A stretch of 64,000 bases of DNA from Octopus vulgaris. Its lineage: Eukaryota. Made by a program: the position numbers and the translations under genes. Positions 24,480 to 37,840 of the stretch are shown here, piece by piece. The stretch's first letter is position 1; each line of letters begins with the position of its first letter. The stretch is taken from positions 73,346,001 through 73,410,000 of the forward strand of contig OX597824.1 of the NCBI GenBank assembly GCA_951406725.2, written 5' to 3'. The notes beneath the pieces were generated by a model. It made no database searches. It was not told the origin of the DNA and saw only the letters and a list, made by a program, of their open reading frames with translations.

Positions 24480-26090
24480 ATAAGCAATATTTAAAGGGCC
24501 TTATAGAGAAAACAGAGAAGTTCATCTACAGAGTGAGATGGCTTGTGTATTTCTTCAACAGAAGAGAACAAGAGCATCCAAACAAATATGGATTTTAGTC
24601 TAGAAAGAACCCACCACCCATCAATGAAATAGCACCTTTTGAAAGGAACCTGTTTGAACTAGTAAGGAAAATTAAATTTCAAAATGTCAGCAACCCAATC
24701 CAAAAAACTATGAAAGACAAAATTAACAACATTAAAAATGTGGACAAAATTTTTGTCAAATCAGATAAAACAAAAAATTTATATGCAGTTGACAAAAACA
24801 TTTACAACAGGTTCCTATCAAATAGCATCACAAACACATATTAAAAAGCAAATAATAATTCATATAGAGGTGAATATTGAAGCCAGAAGAATCCAACCTT
24901 AAGTTGAATACCTACCCCCACACAAGCCCTTTATTATCCTTAAAGACCATAAAGATAATTTTAACAGAAATAAGTTTAATTAGCTTAAATATCCTTAACT
25001 TGATTCTAGATAAATTAGTAGGGCGTTAAATTTACACCTTTGGAGTAGTAGTGGGTCAGTTATAGACTGGTTTAAAGATATTAGAGACAAGAACAATTGC
25101 AAATTTACACAGTTTGACAAAGTAGATTTTTACCCATCAATATCCAGACCCATAGAGCACTAGATTTTGTCAAAAAGTACGTAACTACTGGCAACACCAA
25201 TGTTGAAAGTATTTTACATACCAAGAAGACTACTTTTTTTTGACAAATCAACCTGGGTCAAAAAGAATGGAGACCTTTTTATTCAACATGCCAATGGGTG
25301 CATATGACAGCTGAACTGTGCATGCTTATAGGCATATATATTTTACATGGCTTAAAAACTGAATTCCCTTCATTAAGCGCTGGATTATTATAAGGACAGT
25401 GGTCTGATAGTTACCTGGAATATGAATGGGCATGAATTTGACAGCCTCCAGAAGAATCTTATTGCATTCTTCATTCATCCAAAAAATGGGTTTTAAAATC
25501 ACCTTAGATACTAACCTTAAAAATGTAACTTTATTGATATTAATTTAGATTTAGAATCCAATATCTTTAAGGGTGTTTGTAAGTCCAGTGAAAAGCTATG
25601 CTATATTGACAGAGGGTCCAATCACCCACCCATCATACTAAAGAATATAGTTAGCAATATAGGGAAGCAGATTTCATCATTATCTTCCAAAATGCCACCC
25701 CATACTATCATGATGCCCTACATAGAAGTGGATTCTCAGAGGAGATCCAATATATCCCTAGTGAAGGTAACCAAAACAGTGCATGTAGGACTAGATTTAG
25801 AAAGGTTTTGTGGTTCAACCCAACCTTTAGTTAAGACTAACATACGTAAGGAATTTTTTAACTTAGTATCAAGGCACTTTCCAGCCAGCCACAAATACCA
25901 TAAAATCTTCCACAGGGGAACAACCATTCATGTTGCAAGGATTTTGCCTCTCATATAAACCAACACAATGCAAAATTTTAAATCAAACAAATTGTACTAC
26001 CAAAGAAAACAGTCAAAAATGCAATTTCAAAAACCAAAGTTGCTGTCCTTTAGGAGGGAACTGTTTGACCAAAGGCATTTGCATAAATTG
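24480..26090 (+). pseudogene. Penelope-like retroelement ORF (Naiad-type RT, truncated at start of GIY-YIG), decayed
   Basis: LIEKTEKFIYRVRW; YGF*S..PP...FE; VKSDKTKNLY; LKDHKDNF; QFDKVDFYPSI; MPMGAYD; GLYKDSGL; SNHPP; WFNPPL; GGNCLTKGI. Confidence 0.85.
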
Positions 26091-26204
26091 ATGCATACAT
26101 GTATTTGTGCATACCTGTTTGTATCTATTGCTTATGTTTATACATATTTATAATTAGATGTGTAAATCTATGTGTATGTATGTGTATATATATATATATA
26201 TATG

Positions 26205-26562
26205 TACTTGTACTTGTGGCGACATTCACTCTGGGCAGGTTGAGTCGGCTTCTTCCCTGGAAGAAGTTTTGTGGGAATATGTGGATTTCACAAGCGGTCC
26301 CCAACAATCCCGCATGTAGAGACATCCTGTTTGCCGCAGATTGTCCGCAGACGCAGGGATAGAATGACCAAGGAGCTGCCAGTTGCCGAAACAGACACTC
26401 TGAGGATTTTTCACCAGAGCCCCGTCTGCCGGGTTGTGGCCCTAATACCACTCAGTGTCAGACCAATCCGCCTTGGGTGGCCCTACCAGGAACCGAAGTT
26501 CCCGACGGCATAGCTCAGACACTACCTCTTGCCAGCGTCCCCACCATGGAGAGGAGGGGATG
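26205..26562 (-). mobile_element. GC-rich LINE (RTE-like) 5' region
   Basis: Abrupt GC and CpG enrichment; GGCCCTACCAGG...GGCATAGCTC pattern recalled from RTE 5' UTRs. Confidence 0.4.
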
Positions 26563-26814
26563 TATATGCACTGAATTAAAAGACGAATGCTTTTGACTGG
26601 TGTTAATATATGTTTATATATTATTTTTATATAAGTTTCTCTTAATCTTATAAACAACTTACCAAAGTATTTATTTTATCATTCATATAATCTTCTTCAC
26701 TATAATTTACTATTCAACCTCTATTTATTTACCCATTATTACCCTAATTATATTCACATGTTATCCATTATCCACTAAAACAACCTATAACTCCGTTCTA
26801 TATTTAATATATGA

Positions 26815-27099
26815 GGAATTATTTACTTCGACGGACATTTGTCCTCATCTTGTTTGTTGTTAGCACGTTTCGGTTGATATACCCTCCAGCCTTCTTCAGG
26901 TGTCTTGGGGAAATTTTGAACCTAGGTTCTCATTCCTAAGGTATTTTTCGATGTTATTATGATTATTATTATTGTTAGTGTTCAGGTCATAATTTTTATT
27001 ATTATTATTATTATTATTGTTATTGTTATTATTGTTAGTGTTCCGAACTCGGAATCTTGGGGTTAGTAGCCCACGCTCTTAACCACTACACCATATGCC
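26815..27099 (-). mobile_element. tRNA-headed SINE S6 with hammerhead-like tail
   Basis: Minus strand TGGTGTAGTGG A box, GAGTTCGG B box, (AAT)n, second box GGTTCAAAAT, then GACAC-CTGAAGA...CC-GAAAC. Confidence 0.65.
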
Positions 27100-27223
27100 T
27101 GTGGACAATTATGGAGTGAATTAACGTACAACTCCACTTCATTGAACACAAAGAAAATCAATATAAAACTTTAACCAGTTAAATCAGCATAAAACTTTAA
27201 ACAGTCAAAGGATATTACAGTGA

Positions 27224-27281
27224 AGACCCTGAAGAAATTGAAATGCTTACTAACTGATGTAATTGAAACATATGTCGGTCT
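27224..27281 (+). ncRNA. Type I minimal hammerhead ribozyme motif in PLE 3' repeat
   Basis: Stem I AGACC/GGTCT; core CTGAAGA; stem II AATTG/TAATT; GAAAC-ATAT-GTC. Predicted cleavage after C27276. Confidence 0.75.
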
Positions 27282-27359
27282 ATTTGAAGCTGTATTTATA
27301 TGTAAATGCGAATTAAAGGTAATGCTAATGCTACTTCATTATAATTAATTATTATTATT

Positions 27360-28132
27360 TCATCATCATCATCATCATCATCGTTTAACGTCCACTTGCC
27401 ATGCTGGCATGGGTTGTATGGTTTGACTGAGGACTGGCAAGCCAGGAGGCTGCACCAGGCTCCAGTCTGATCTGGTAAGGTTTCTACAGTTGGATGCCCT
27501 TCCTAATGCCAACCACTCTGAGAGTGTAGTGGGTGCTTTTTACGTGCCGCCGGCACAGGGTCCAGCCAGGCGGCACTGGTATCGACCACACTCAAATAGT
27601 GCTTTTCATATGCCACTGGCACTGGCATCAGACATGCTCGAATGGTGCTTTTTATGTGCCACCAGCATGGGTGCCATTCAGGTGAAACTAGCATCAGCCA
27701 CAGCAACAATTTCATTTGACTCAACAGGTTTTCTCAAGCACAGCATATTGCTCGATGATTAAAGAGTACTTTTAAACGGGCCAGTTATGTGACACTGGCA
27801 TCAGCCGCAGCTATGATCTCACTTGGCTTGCCGGGTTTTCTCAAGCACAGCATATCTCCAAAGATCTTGATCACTTGTCATTACCACCATGAAGCCCAAC
27901 ATTCAAAGGTCGTGCTTCACCACCTCATCCCAGGTCTTCCTGGGTCTACCTCCTCCACTGTTATGGTGTGACACTTCTTCACACAGCTGTCCTCATTCAT
28001 ACACAACACATGACCATACCGGCACAGTTATCTCTCTTGCATACCATATCTGATAGTTCTTACATCCAACTTTTCTCTCAGGATGCTTACACTCTGTTGT
28101 GTATGTTCACTGACATTACACATCCAGCAGAG
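27360..28132 (-). mobile_element. RTE LINE 3' end including S2 tail
   Basis: (CAT)n tail and S2 motifs, then a decayed ORF end (YGHVL; RPRKTWDEVVKHDL). Homolog at 40085-40880. Confidence 0.8.
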
Positions 28133-28164
28133 TATACTATCAATATATGTATGTATGTATGTAT

Positions 28165-28745
28165 ACAGGTATGGTAATGCAAACAGGCTATGGGACGTGG
28201 ATGCTGTATAGGAGGCAAATGCAAGTACTTGACCAGTTCCACCTCTGCTGCTTGCGATGAATCATGGGAATTTCCTGGGAGGACAGAGTCTCCAACACAG
28301 GTGCTTTGCAGAGCCGAAATGCCCAGGATCCAAGCCATCATCATGAAGGCCCAGCTCTGGTGGGTCGGACATGTAGTCTGAATGGACGACGCATGTCTAC
28401 CAAAGATGATCTCTGTGCTGGCTTCTGGAGCAAGAAACCCTGGAAGGCCACTGAGGACAGCCTGAAGACTTCCCTTGAAACCTGCGGCATTTCAGCCCGT
28501 GGCTGGGAATCACTTGCCTCTGACCGCGACACCTGGTGTCTAGCTGTCTAAAAGGGTGTTAGGCTGTTCAAGGAAAAGTGCTTCAAGAGTCTGGACCAGA
28601 AACAACAAGCCTGAAAAGAGAGGATCCCCAACCCTACTTCTGCTGTTACATGCCCAACATGTGGCTGCGTCTGCGCGTCCGCCTTTGGGTCCACCTCCGG
28701 CGTCACTGACATCATTGTCGAACCCCGACAGACTTCCGTTATAAT
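28165..28745 (+). mobile_element. RTE LINE ORF C-terminus, decayed
   Basis: LDQFHLCCLR*IMGISWEDRVSN; QLWWVGHVV; WESLASDRDTW; terminal CPTC motif. Confidence 0.8.
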
Positions 28746-29844
28746 GCAAACAGGAAAAGTAAAACTCAATATTTGAGTATATGTATATTTTTATGAATAT
28801 TTAGCAGAAGCAACAGATTGGCTCAAGGGTTGGCACTTATCAAGAGTTTGGTAAGTGCACTTATTGAGAATTTGATAAGAGCCAACGCACGAAACTCATC
28901 CCTTGGGCCATTTTGTTGCTTCTGCTAAATAATATATATACACACACAATGTTTCCACTTAGAAATAGCGATACTAATAACCAGTTGTTATAGAACTCAA
29001 TATATATACGCTTTAAAATAAGCATTAGACAAGTACAGAATTATTGAATGACAAGGGAACAAGAAATGTGCAATCAACTACATTAGCTGACAGTTGTTTC
29101 TGCTATAAAAAGCAAGGCTATCAGAGTTAAGTGCTTGTGCAACATGTCATAGCTTTCCCATGGCCATTCATATGGAATGTACCTGTATTTAAATGTATTT
29201 CAGTGCTTTCCCAAATAAACAAACACTTCATTTTAATGGCTCCGAGGAAGCAGTAAAATGTTGCACAAGCACTCAGCTCTGAGTGCACTGCTGAAACAGT
29301 TGTAAGTTAATAAAGTTGGTTATGTAATGTGTAATTCCTTTCCTTGTTATTCAATGATGTATTTGTGTGCGTGTATATATATATATATATATAGATAGAT
29401 ATAGGAAGAGAGTTCACAAAAACAAAAGACGAAGAGAGCTGGTGTAGACAACAAACAGATGTCCATTTCTATTGTGACCAATCAGAAGCTATCAACTATT
29501 TCTAGTGAGTCATCTGGGCATTTAAGAGAATCCTATTTGCTGTGCCCTCTTAGTACATTTTACTCCAGTGCATTTGTCTCATATGAAGCTTACCTTCTCT
29601 GTTAGTCTGCCTGTAATTCCACTACATTTCTGGTGCTTACATTGGGCACAGCATTTCCTTACTTTGCCTTAGGCTCTCAAATTCTGATAGAATCATGATC
29701 TACAGTGTGCCTTGTCCAGCGAAACCTTGTGGAACCCAGGGAGAAATGGAGAGAGAATCAAGTCCTGCACAGGATTTGTGATTTTATTGAAAGTGTAAGA
29801 TGCAGTATTAACATTTGTAGAATTAATTCTCAACCCCCAAAAGA

Positions 29845-30178
29845 ATGTGTGGAACCTTGAGCAAGTGTCTTCTGCTATATACCCAAACTGATCAAAGCCT
29901 TGTGGGTGGATTTGGTAGACAGGAACTGAAAGAAGCTTGTTTTATGTATATATGTGTGTTTGTACATTTATGTATTTGTGCCTGTTCCCCATCACTTGAC
30001 AACTGGTGTTGGTTTGTTTATGTCACTGTAACTTAGCAGTTCTGCAAAAAGGATTAATAGAATAAGTAACAGACTTTAAAAAAATATAAGGAGTAGTGTC
30101 AATTTGTTCAACTAAAACCCTGAAAGTTGTGATGCCCCATCCTGGTCACAGTCCAATGATTGAAACCAGAAAGATAAA
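29845..30178 (+). mobile_element. SINE S1, old copy
   Basis: Diverged homology to 1248-1640. Confidence 0.65.
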
Positions 30179-30616
30179 GCATTTGCAAAAGAAACCTGAC
30201 AATTAGTCAAAGAACATGAATCCCTAATTTGCAAGAAAGGAGTTGTAGTGAATGAAATAACCATTAGGCATGCAGGGTGCTTATTTTATTCATGCCCAAG
30301 TGATCATCATCATCATCATCCTAATGTCCACTTTTCCATGCTCATATGAGTTGAACAGAATTTATTGGAGCAGATTTTCTATAGTTGGATGCTCTTCCTG
30401 TCACCAACCCTTGCGCATTTTCAAGCAAGGTAATATTTCCCAGTAACCAGACATGTTTTCACACAAGATTCAAAACAAAGGACACTGCTTGCATGATGGT
30501 GGACATTCGCTTACAACTATCATATGATGTCAAGGCAAGGGTACAATGACACACACACACATACACATATACACTCGCACACACATGCATACATACATAT
30601 ATATATATATACATAC

Positions 30617-30647
<31 letters not shown>

Positions 30648-30655
30648 CACATATA

Positions 30656-30698
<43 letters not shown>

Positions 30699-32704
30699 GA
30701 ATTAGTCTTCTTTTAGTTTCTGCCCACAAAATCTGCTCACATGGCTTTGGTTGGCCCAGACCTATTGTAGAAAAAAAAAAAACACTTGTCGAAAGTGCCA
30801 CACAGTGGAACTGAACCTGAAACCAGGTGGTTGGGAAGCAAATGTCATACCACACAGCCACACCTGTGCAAGGAAGTGTGAAAAATAGACTTGGTGAATA
30901 TGTAACATTGTCCACTTTTGACATAGTACCACAAATTCAGTGATGGTTGTTGTGAACAGAATTGATTCCACTAATGACTACTGCTAATTATAATTTTTGG
31001 ACCCAGAATGGAAGGATAGCAAACTAATTCACATGTGAGCTGAAGCAAAATTGAGTACAGCTATATATTTTTCAATGGAATCTTTTAATTTATAATGCCT
31101 AATTATCATTGGTTTTAGAATAAATATTCTTATTACTGTAGTACAGGGATGTATTTTTGTCTAAACAGTAATTTATGACTTTCGTCGTACGATTGCTATC
31201 TCAATTAAGAATAGCTTAATTGAGGTTATTGCTAAGGAGTGGGTGTGAAATCATTTAACTTTGGAATAGCACTGGCAGAGCTTAGAAGTTTGCTTTGCAG
31301 CCATGTGGTTCTTTGAATTCCACTGCTGGTATCTTGGACATTCTATCGCTTCCGGTTAACTACTTCAATTTAGTTGACAGTAACTGCGCAGAAACCATTT
31401 GTTTACATGTGGAAGTCATCATCATCATATATACATATACATGCTTGGACAAACATGCACATGCACAAACATACACACATATGCACGCATGCACAAACAT
31501 GCGTATTCATTAATATGTAAATATGTATATTCACATGCATGTACGCATGCATACCAGTATGTATGCACACACACACATGTACACATGCATTCACACATGT
31601 GTACATGCATGCAAATATACATATGTACATGAATGCATATGCTTTGTGTGTATGTGTGTGCATATGCTTGTGAATATCTGTGCATGTGTGTTCATCCAAG
31701 CATGTATATATGTGTGTGGGCACATCCATGTACAGATGTGCACACTCACATCAATATACACATGCATGCAAATCTATATGAATGCGTCTACACCCCCTAT
31801 ATACTTGCACATGCCACCTCTTCCTACAACCCCCTCCCCAACAACCTGACCAACTTCTAGTCTATTTCCTGTCCTCCACGTAGTCAATTTCCTGTTTGCC
31901 ATGCAGTATTTTCCAGCTAACTATTACCCATATACCAATATCAAACCACGACACCACATGACCTTCCTCAACTAATCGCAGCCCACCTTACGGTAATAAC
32001 AATCAACTTCTGTCATTCAAATTCAAAATGACTGATGACTAGCATCTCACTGGAAACTCAAGAGTACCAACGAATTTGAATCAAACTGTTTTGATCCATC
32101 CTCCCTTCTCCTCACTCTCTTTGTTTCTTTTCCTCATCCTCTCTCTTGTCCCCCTTCCCCTCTGCCTGTTGCTCACACGTAACTACAGGCCATTTCTCTT
32201 GCCCCTGTCTTTTCTGGACAAGATGTCCATCATGCTGGATGTCATTTCTCTCACCTCCCGACATTTTTTCTCTTCTATTTATTCTATTTCCTTTAAGAAT
32301 TTCTCCGGGGCATTACTCATTACAATTTGTCTTGGCTTAATGGCCCTTAATGTTTGTCTTCGTCAATTGTTTACTTTGTATGCCCACTCTGTTGTTGTTT
32401 GTTCATTCAAAGCCCCAACTCTCCACAAATTTTATATTTTAAAAATTTCTGGATGCTGCTGTCTTATGAAGTTTTCCTATCTAGTTAAAGGCATAAACAA
32501 CTGACGAGTGAGTTATCTTCTTTTGGTATTTTGTTCTGTACTTATCTCTCATATACATACAATGGGATTCTTTCAGTTTCCGTCTACCAAATCCACTTGC
32601 AAGGCTTTGGTCGGCCCAAAGCTATAGTAGAAGACACTTGCCCAAGGTGTCATGCTGTGGGACTGAACCTGGAACCATGTGTGTTAATATTTACATGAAA
32701 TGTA

Positions 32705-33200
32705 GGTGGTAAGCTGGCAGAATTGTTGGCATGCCAAGCAAAGTGATTGGCAATATTTTGTCCGTCTTTACATTCTGAGTTCTAATTCTGCCAAAGTCAA
32801 CTTTAGTGGCAAGCTGGAAGAATCGTTAGAATGCCAGGCAAAATGTTTAGCAGCATTTCATCTCTCTTTACATTCTGAGTTCAAATTCCACCGAGGTCAA
32901 TTTCGCATTTAAGAAAAATAAGGCAACAAGGCAGAAGAATCATTAACACACCAGGCAAAATGCTTAGCGGCATTTTGTCCATCTTTATGTCCTGGGTTCA
33001 AATGCTGCTGTGGTCGACTTTACCTTTGATCCTTTTGGGGTCAATTAAATGAACACTGGAGTTCATTCAATTGACTTATCCCCTCCCCAAAAAATTTCTG
33101 GGGTTATACCAAAATATAAAACTAATATTTAGTATCAACAGTGAGCTAGTAGAATCAGTAGCAAGCCCAGCAAAATGCTTGGTGGAATTTCATGTTTTTA
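32705..33200 (+). repeat. Head-to-tail array of four decayed S4 SINE 5' parts
   Basis: Heads at about 32705, 32805, 32921 and 33139. Confidence 0.65.
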
Positions 33201-35059
33201 TGAAAATGTAGAGTACTGGTGAGGCAGAAGAATGCGTTGGCATTGCAGATATCAGCTGATTATGCATGAGAGATAATTGTGCTAATAAAAACATGTACAA
33301 TGGATAAGGAGAGCAAGTCTAAAAATAAAAGTTCTGTATACTGGTTGTTGGAGGCGGTATCTAGAGCAGATAGCAATTAAGGGAGATATAGGAAGCTGTA
33401 GTGAGGTCAAGTCTCAAGATGACATACTTCATGGACATGATAACAAAAGATCATATTGAATGGCAGTGTTCTGTGCAGCAGATCATTTCAACCTACGTCA
33501 ACAAGGGAACTTGATAAGGTTACCTAACCTGCTAATAACAGCAGCAACTAGTTCTTCCTTAGATTACATATTCTTGCATCTTAAATAAAATGTGAACATA
33601 TTTGACAAAGTAGTTCTAAATAAACTATGCTTGAAGAACAAATTGATGGGATGGTCATGGCAGGAAAACTTTTGATCATTACACATTCACTACACACATG
33701 AGCCAAACAACTTCAAAAGAGTGTATAACCATGATAGCTATAGTGATGATGATGATGATGATGATGATGATTGTTTCTGATTTTGCACAAGACCAGCAAT
33801 TTTAAGAGAAAGGGAAACTTAATTACATTGACCCCCAGTACTTGACTGGTATCTATTTTATCAACCCTGACAATGGACTGAGATGTCTGGCGATATGAAG
33901 TTCTTGAGAAGATCTACCCACGTCAGTAAAACAGTTCTTGAAGTGCTGTGTGTCTCACCTACACTTAACAAGAAAACTTCTCACACACCACAACAAACCA
34001 AACTACATCTCTACATCTCTTCTCTTCCTCACATTTCCACTTTATGTACTATGCTTACCTCCTGCTCCCCAATCCTGTCCTCTTGGCCCTGTCTCACTGT
34101 ATCATTGCTATCCGCTAACCCCTAACCTGTGTGATCCACCCTTCAATTGCACCTAGAAAAAGGCAAAGGCCAATACAGCTTGGCACCAGTGATGTCGCGA
34201 CTCATTTCTACAGCTGAATGAACTGCAGCAACATAAAATAAAGTGTCTTGCTCAAGAACACATCACACAGCCCAGTCTGGGATGTGAACTCACTACATCA
34301 TTGACAAAGTAATCTGGAAGCTAAAAAGTTAAATCTTCCATCAAAATTTCCTGTTAGTCTATGAGTCTTTCACCAGTTTAATAATGACAAAATTATTTTA
34401 AAAATTAATTGAAATGAAGGCAGAGTATTTCAAGAGAAATGTAGTAATGAAATAACAGCTGTCATCTTATAATCATCATTATGATTATGATGGCAAGATG
34501 ACAACTGTTATTTCGTTAATCCATCATTGACTTCAGCATTCTATAGCTATTTGCAAAATTATACATATATTCTATGAAGGCATTTATTTCAAATAAGGAT
34601 TGGGATTCTCATTTGCACAAATTACTTTTGGTTTGTATTGTTTTTAGAAACGAATAATTAACATTATAAATTGACAAAGCAAATAATAAGCATATTTTCC
34701 TAATAAGAAATAATGTTGCAGATTGTAGGATGTGAAACTAGGAGTGCTAAACACCCTGTTTATAAACATTAATGTTATTCTTTTGCACACAAACACATGC
34801 ATGATTATTATTATAAGAGCAGTGAGCTGGCAGAATTGTTACTGCATTGGAAAAATGCTTAGTGGCATTTCTTCTGGCTTCATGTTTTGAGTTCAAATTC
34901 CACTGAGGTTGATTTTGTCATTTGTCTTTTCATTATCAATGAAACAAGTATCAATTAAGTACTGAGGTCGATGAAATCAACTTCCCCACACTTAATATTT
35001 TGGTGGCCTAGTTTTAAAACAAGAAAGGATTTATAATTATTATTATACACTCACAACAA

Positions 35060-35945
35060 ATTGACTGTTGAAAAAGAAAAAATCCTAACATCGGACAACA
35101 ACAAGTAACAGTAGATACCACAAACCCTCCTAAGCATCCTAGCTGTCCCTAATAACACTGTTTTCTGGAATTATACTAAACTGGGTTTTATGCCTATTTC
35201 CCCTATCCATCTGTTCAGATCTTTAGGGATAGTCCCTAATGCACCTATAACTACTGGGATACATTTTACCCACACTTTCCATAGTCTCAGAGTAAATCAA
35301 TTTCTAGGTTGTGGTCCTTTGCTATTTTTTTCTATATCTCTCATATTGATTTTTTTCATCATTTAGTGTTATAAAGTCAATTACCTGACATTTTCTATTC
35401 TCTTTATATACAACTACTAAATCAGGCCCTCTAGCTCCTATTACTCTATCAGTCTGAATGTTAAAGCCCCACAACATCTTGTATTTCATACCTTCTAGTA
35501 CTTTACTAGATTCATATTCATACCTATTTCTTTACTACCCACAAGGGGTTAAACACAGAGAGGACAAACAAGGACAGACAAAGGGATTAAGTCGATTATA
35601 TCGACCCCAGTGTGTAACTGGTACTTATTTAATCGACCCCGAAAGGATGAAAGGCAAAGTCGACCTCGGTGGAATTTGAACTCAGAACGTAGCGGCAGAC
35701 GAAATACCGCTAAGAATTTCGCCGGCGTGCTAATGTTTCTGCCAGCTCGCCACCTTATTTATACTATTTATTAGTATGTTTAAATCCTAGCTTTCTATAT
35801 AACTCAGTGGATTACTCTCCCTAGGTTGTCATGTCTTTTCTTGTATTCCTTTGGTGCCAGAATGCTACATTCACTTACTATATGAGTAACACTTTTCCTC
35901 TTTTGATTAGCATAACCTACATTGGGAATCTACTTGGTTTTTGTC
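35060..35945 (-). mobile_element. Decayed R4/Dong LINE fragment interrupted by an S4 SINE
   Basis: Minus strand CRLC...ESVTHIVSECSILAPKEYKKRHD and VVIGALGTIPKDL. Confidence 0.7.
35521..35757 (-). mobile_element. SINE S4, young copy
   Basis: Close reverse-complement match to 53172-53400. Confidence 0.85.
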
Positions 35946-36790
35946 TATCTTGATCTCCATCTCTATCACTGCATCTTCTCTTTCCTCTACACCTGACATC
36001 ATCTCGCTATTTCTCATCTATCTGGGTTTCACCATACTGTTGCTCTCCACTACCTTTTTACACGTTCCCAAACTGAGATTCACCATTATCCACATCTCCA
36101 TCCATGTTCTCCTTTCACAGCATTCTCTTCTATCTTCATTTCTACCATCTGTCACTCATTTCACACACTTGTGAACCTACACACCCAGTTATCCCTGATC
36201 CTCAGTTCCTATCCTCACTATGTCCACCTTCTAGTACCTTCAGAGTATGTTCTATCACTGTTTTCTTCACCATCCTTTCTCTCTTTCCTGCTAGAGAAAC
36301 CATGAATCTCTTTCACTTACCTTCTGGTACCTTGAGGGTATGCTTAGTCACTGCTTCTCCACCATCCATTCTCTCTTTCCAGCTAGGGCAGCCATGAATC
36401 TTCCTGTCCCTATAAACACTTGATACAAAGCCATTTCCTTCAATACTGTACCATTGTTCTGTCAAGGGATCTTGTCTTGCAAGTTACCTGGTGACCTCAA
36501 AAAAGCACTCAATACAATGTGTAAAGTGATTAACATTAGGAATGGTGTCCAAGTATAGAAATCATGCCAAAGTTGACACTGGAGCTGGATGTAGTACAAC
36601 AGATTGTTGGATCCTGTTGAACCAGCCAACCCATGTCAGCTTAGAACAATGATGATGATTTTCATTAATATTTCATAGTTTATCAAATATTTCACAGGTA
36701 AAAGATTTTGTGATCACATGTTCAGTACAACTGGATGCCATTGATCAGGTATAGTTACTTCCTTATTGGTTGGCTTTGTGTATGACTCAC

Positions 36791-36851
36791 CTAAATGGAG
36801 TGGTGAAGGTATCCTATCAGCCAACCAACCTTTTGTTGGCATTTGCAGCCA
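36791..36851 (-). CDS. Candidate internal exon (61 nt, WLQMPTKGWLADRIPSPLHL)
   Basis: Strong acceptor CTCTTTGCGTTTCTTTGTTACAG and donor AG|GTGAGT in apparently unique sequence. Only phase 0 is stop-free. Confidence 0.5.
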
Positions 36852-37167
36852 CTGTAACAAAGAAACGCAAAGAGTACAATAGATCAAATGGGTGATGCAA
36901 TAGTGCTCTACTTACTGCTTAGGTAGGAAGGATGTATATTTTGAGTCGACAGATGAATTACTTTAGTTCAAAATTCTCACTATTGCAAGTGATTTTTTTT
37001 CATTATACTTCTTCAAAGTTTATGAGAAAATACGTGGGAAAGTATGTATGTGTGTGTATGCCAGGCCAGTACTGTGCATTAGGCAAACAAAGCCAACAGT
37101 TTAGGGTGCTAAAGTCAGGAGGTACCAGAAAAAAGAACAAATGAAACATATGTAAGAAATATGTTTT

Positions 37168-37566
37168 AGACATGCGTGGCTGTGTGGTAAGAAGCTTGCT
37201 TCCCAACCACATGGTTCCAGGTTCAGTCCCACTGTGCAACACCTTGGGCAAGTGTCTTCTACTATAGCCTCAGACTGACCAAAGCCTTGTGAGTGGATTT
37301 GGGAGACAGAAATTAGAAGAAGTCCGTCGTGTGTGTGTTTGTATGTGTGTCTGTGTGTGTGTCTGTGCTTGTTCCCTGCCAACGATTGACAACCAACGGT
37401 GGTGTCTTTATGTCCCTGTAACTTAGTGGTTCGGCAAACAAGGTCGTTAGAATAAGTACTGGGCTTACAAAGAATAAATCTTGAGATCGATTTCTTCGAC
37501 TAAAGCCCTTTAAGGAGGCTCCAACATGGCTGCAGTCAAATAACCGAAACAAGAAAGAGAATAAAA
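37168..37566 (+). mobile_element. SINE S1
   Basis: Full-length homolog. Confidence 0.8.
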
Positions 37567-37840
37567 GAAACAAAATCCAAATCTGTTGATGAAAAATTTG
37601 TTCTAGTTGCTTGAACAATGTTTTAGCAATGGCAGAAGACTGAATTATCACCAGCAACTTTTTTTTTAATTCTTTTAAGTGTAATGGTTATATGACAGTT
37701 TCCCAGTTCTTCACACAGTTCTTTACCTTTTCATTGAACTCTGTAAGATCTTTTGAGCTGTACAAGTTAGGTAGTAGAGGGTAGAAATTGCATTGCTTCA
37801 TAGTATGGTCTGCATCTTCGCATTCACAGGTGGATGGACC

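Noticed and set aside
24480-26090. Selenocysteine recoding, as reported for some Naiad elements
   Set aside because: The ORF has TAA and TAG stops and frameshifts, so TGA codons are uninformative. No SECIS recognised.
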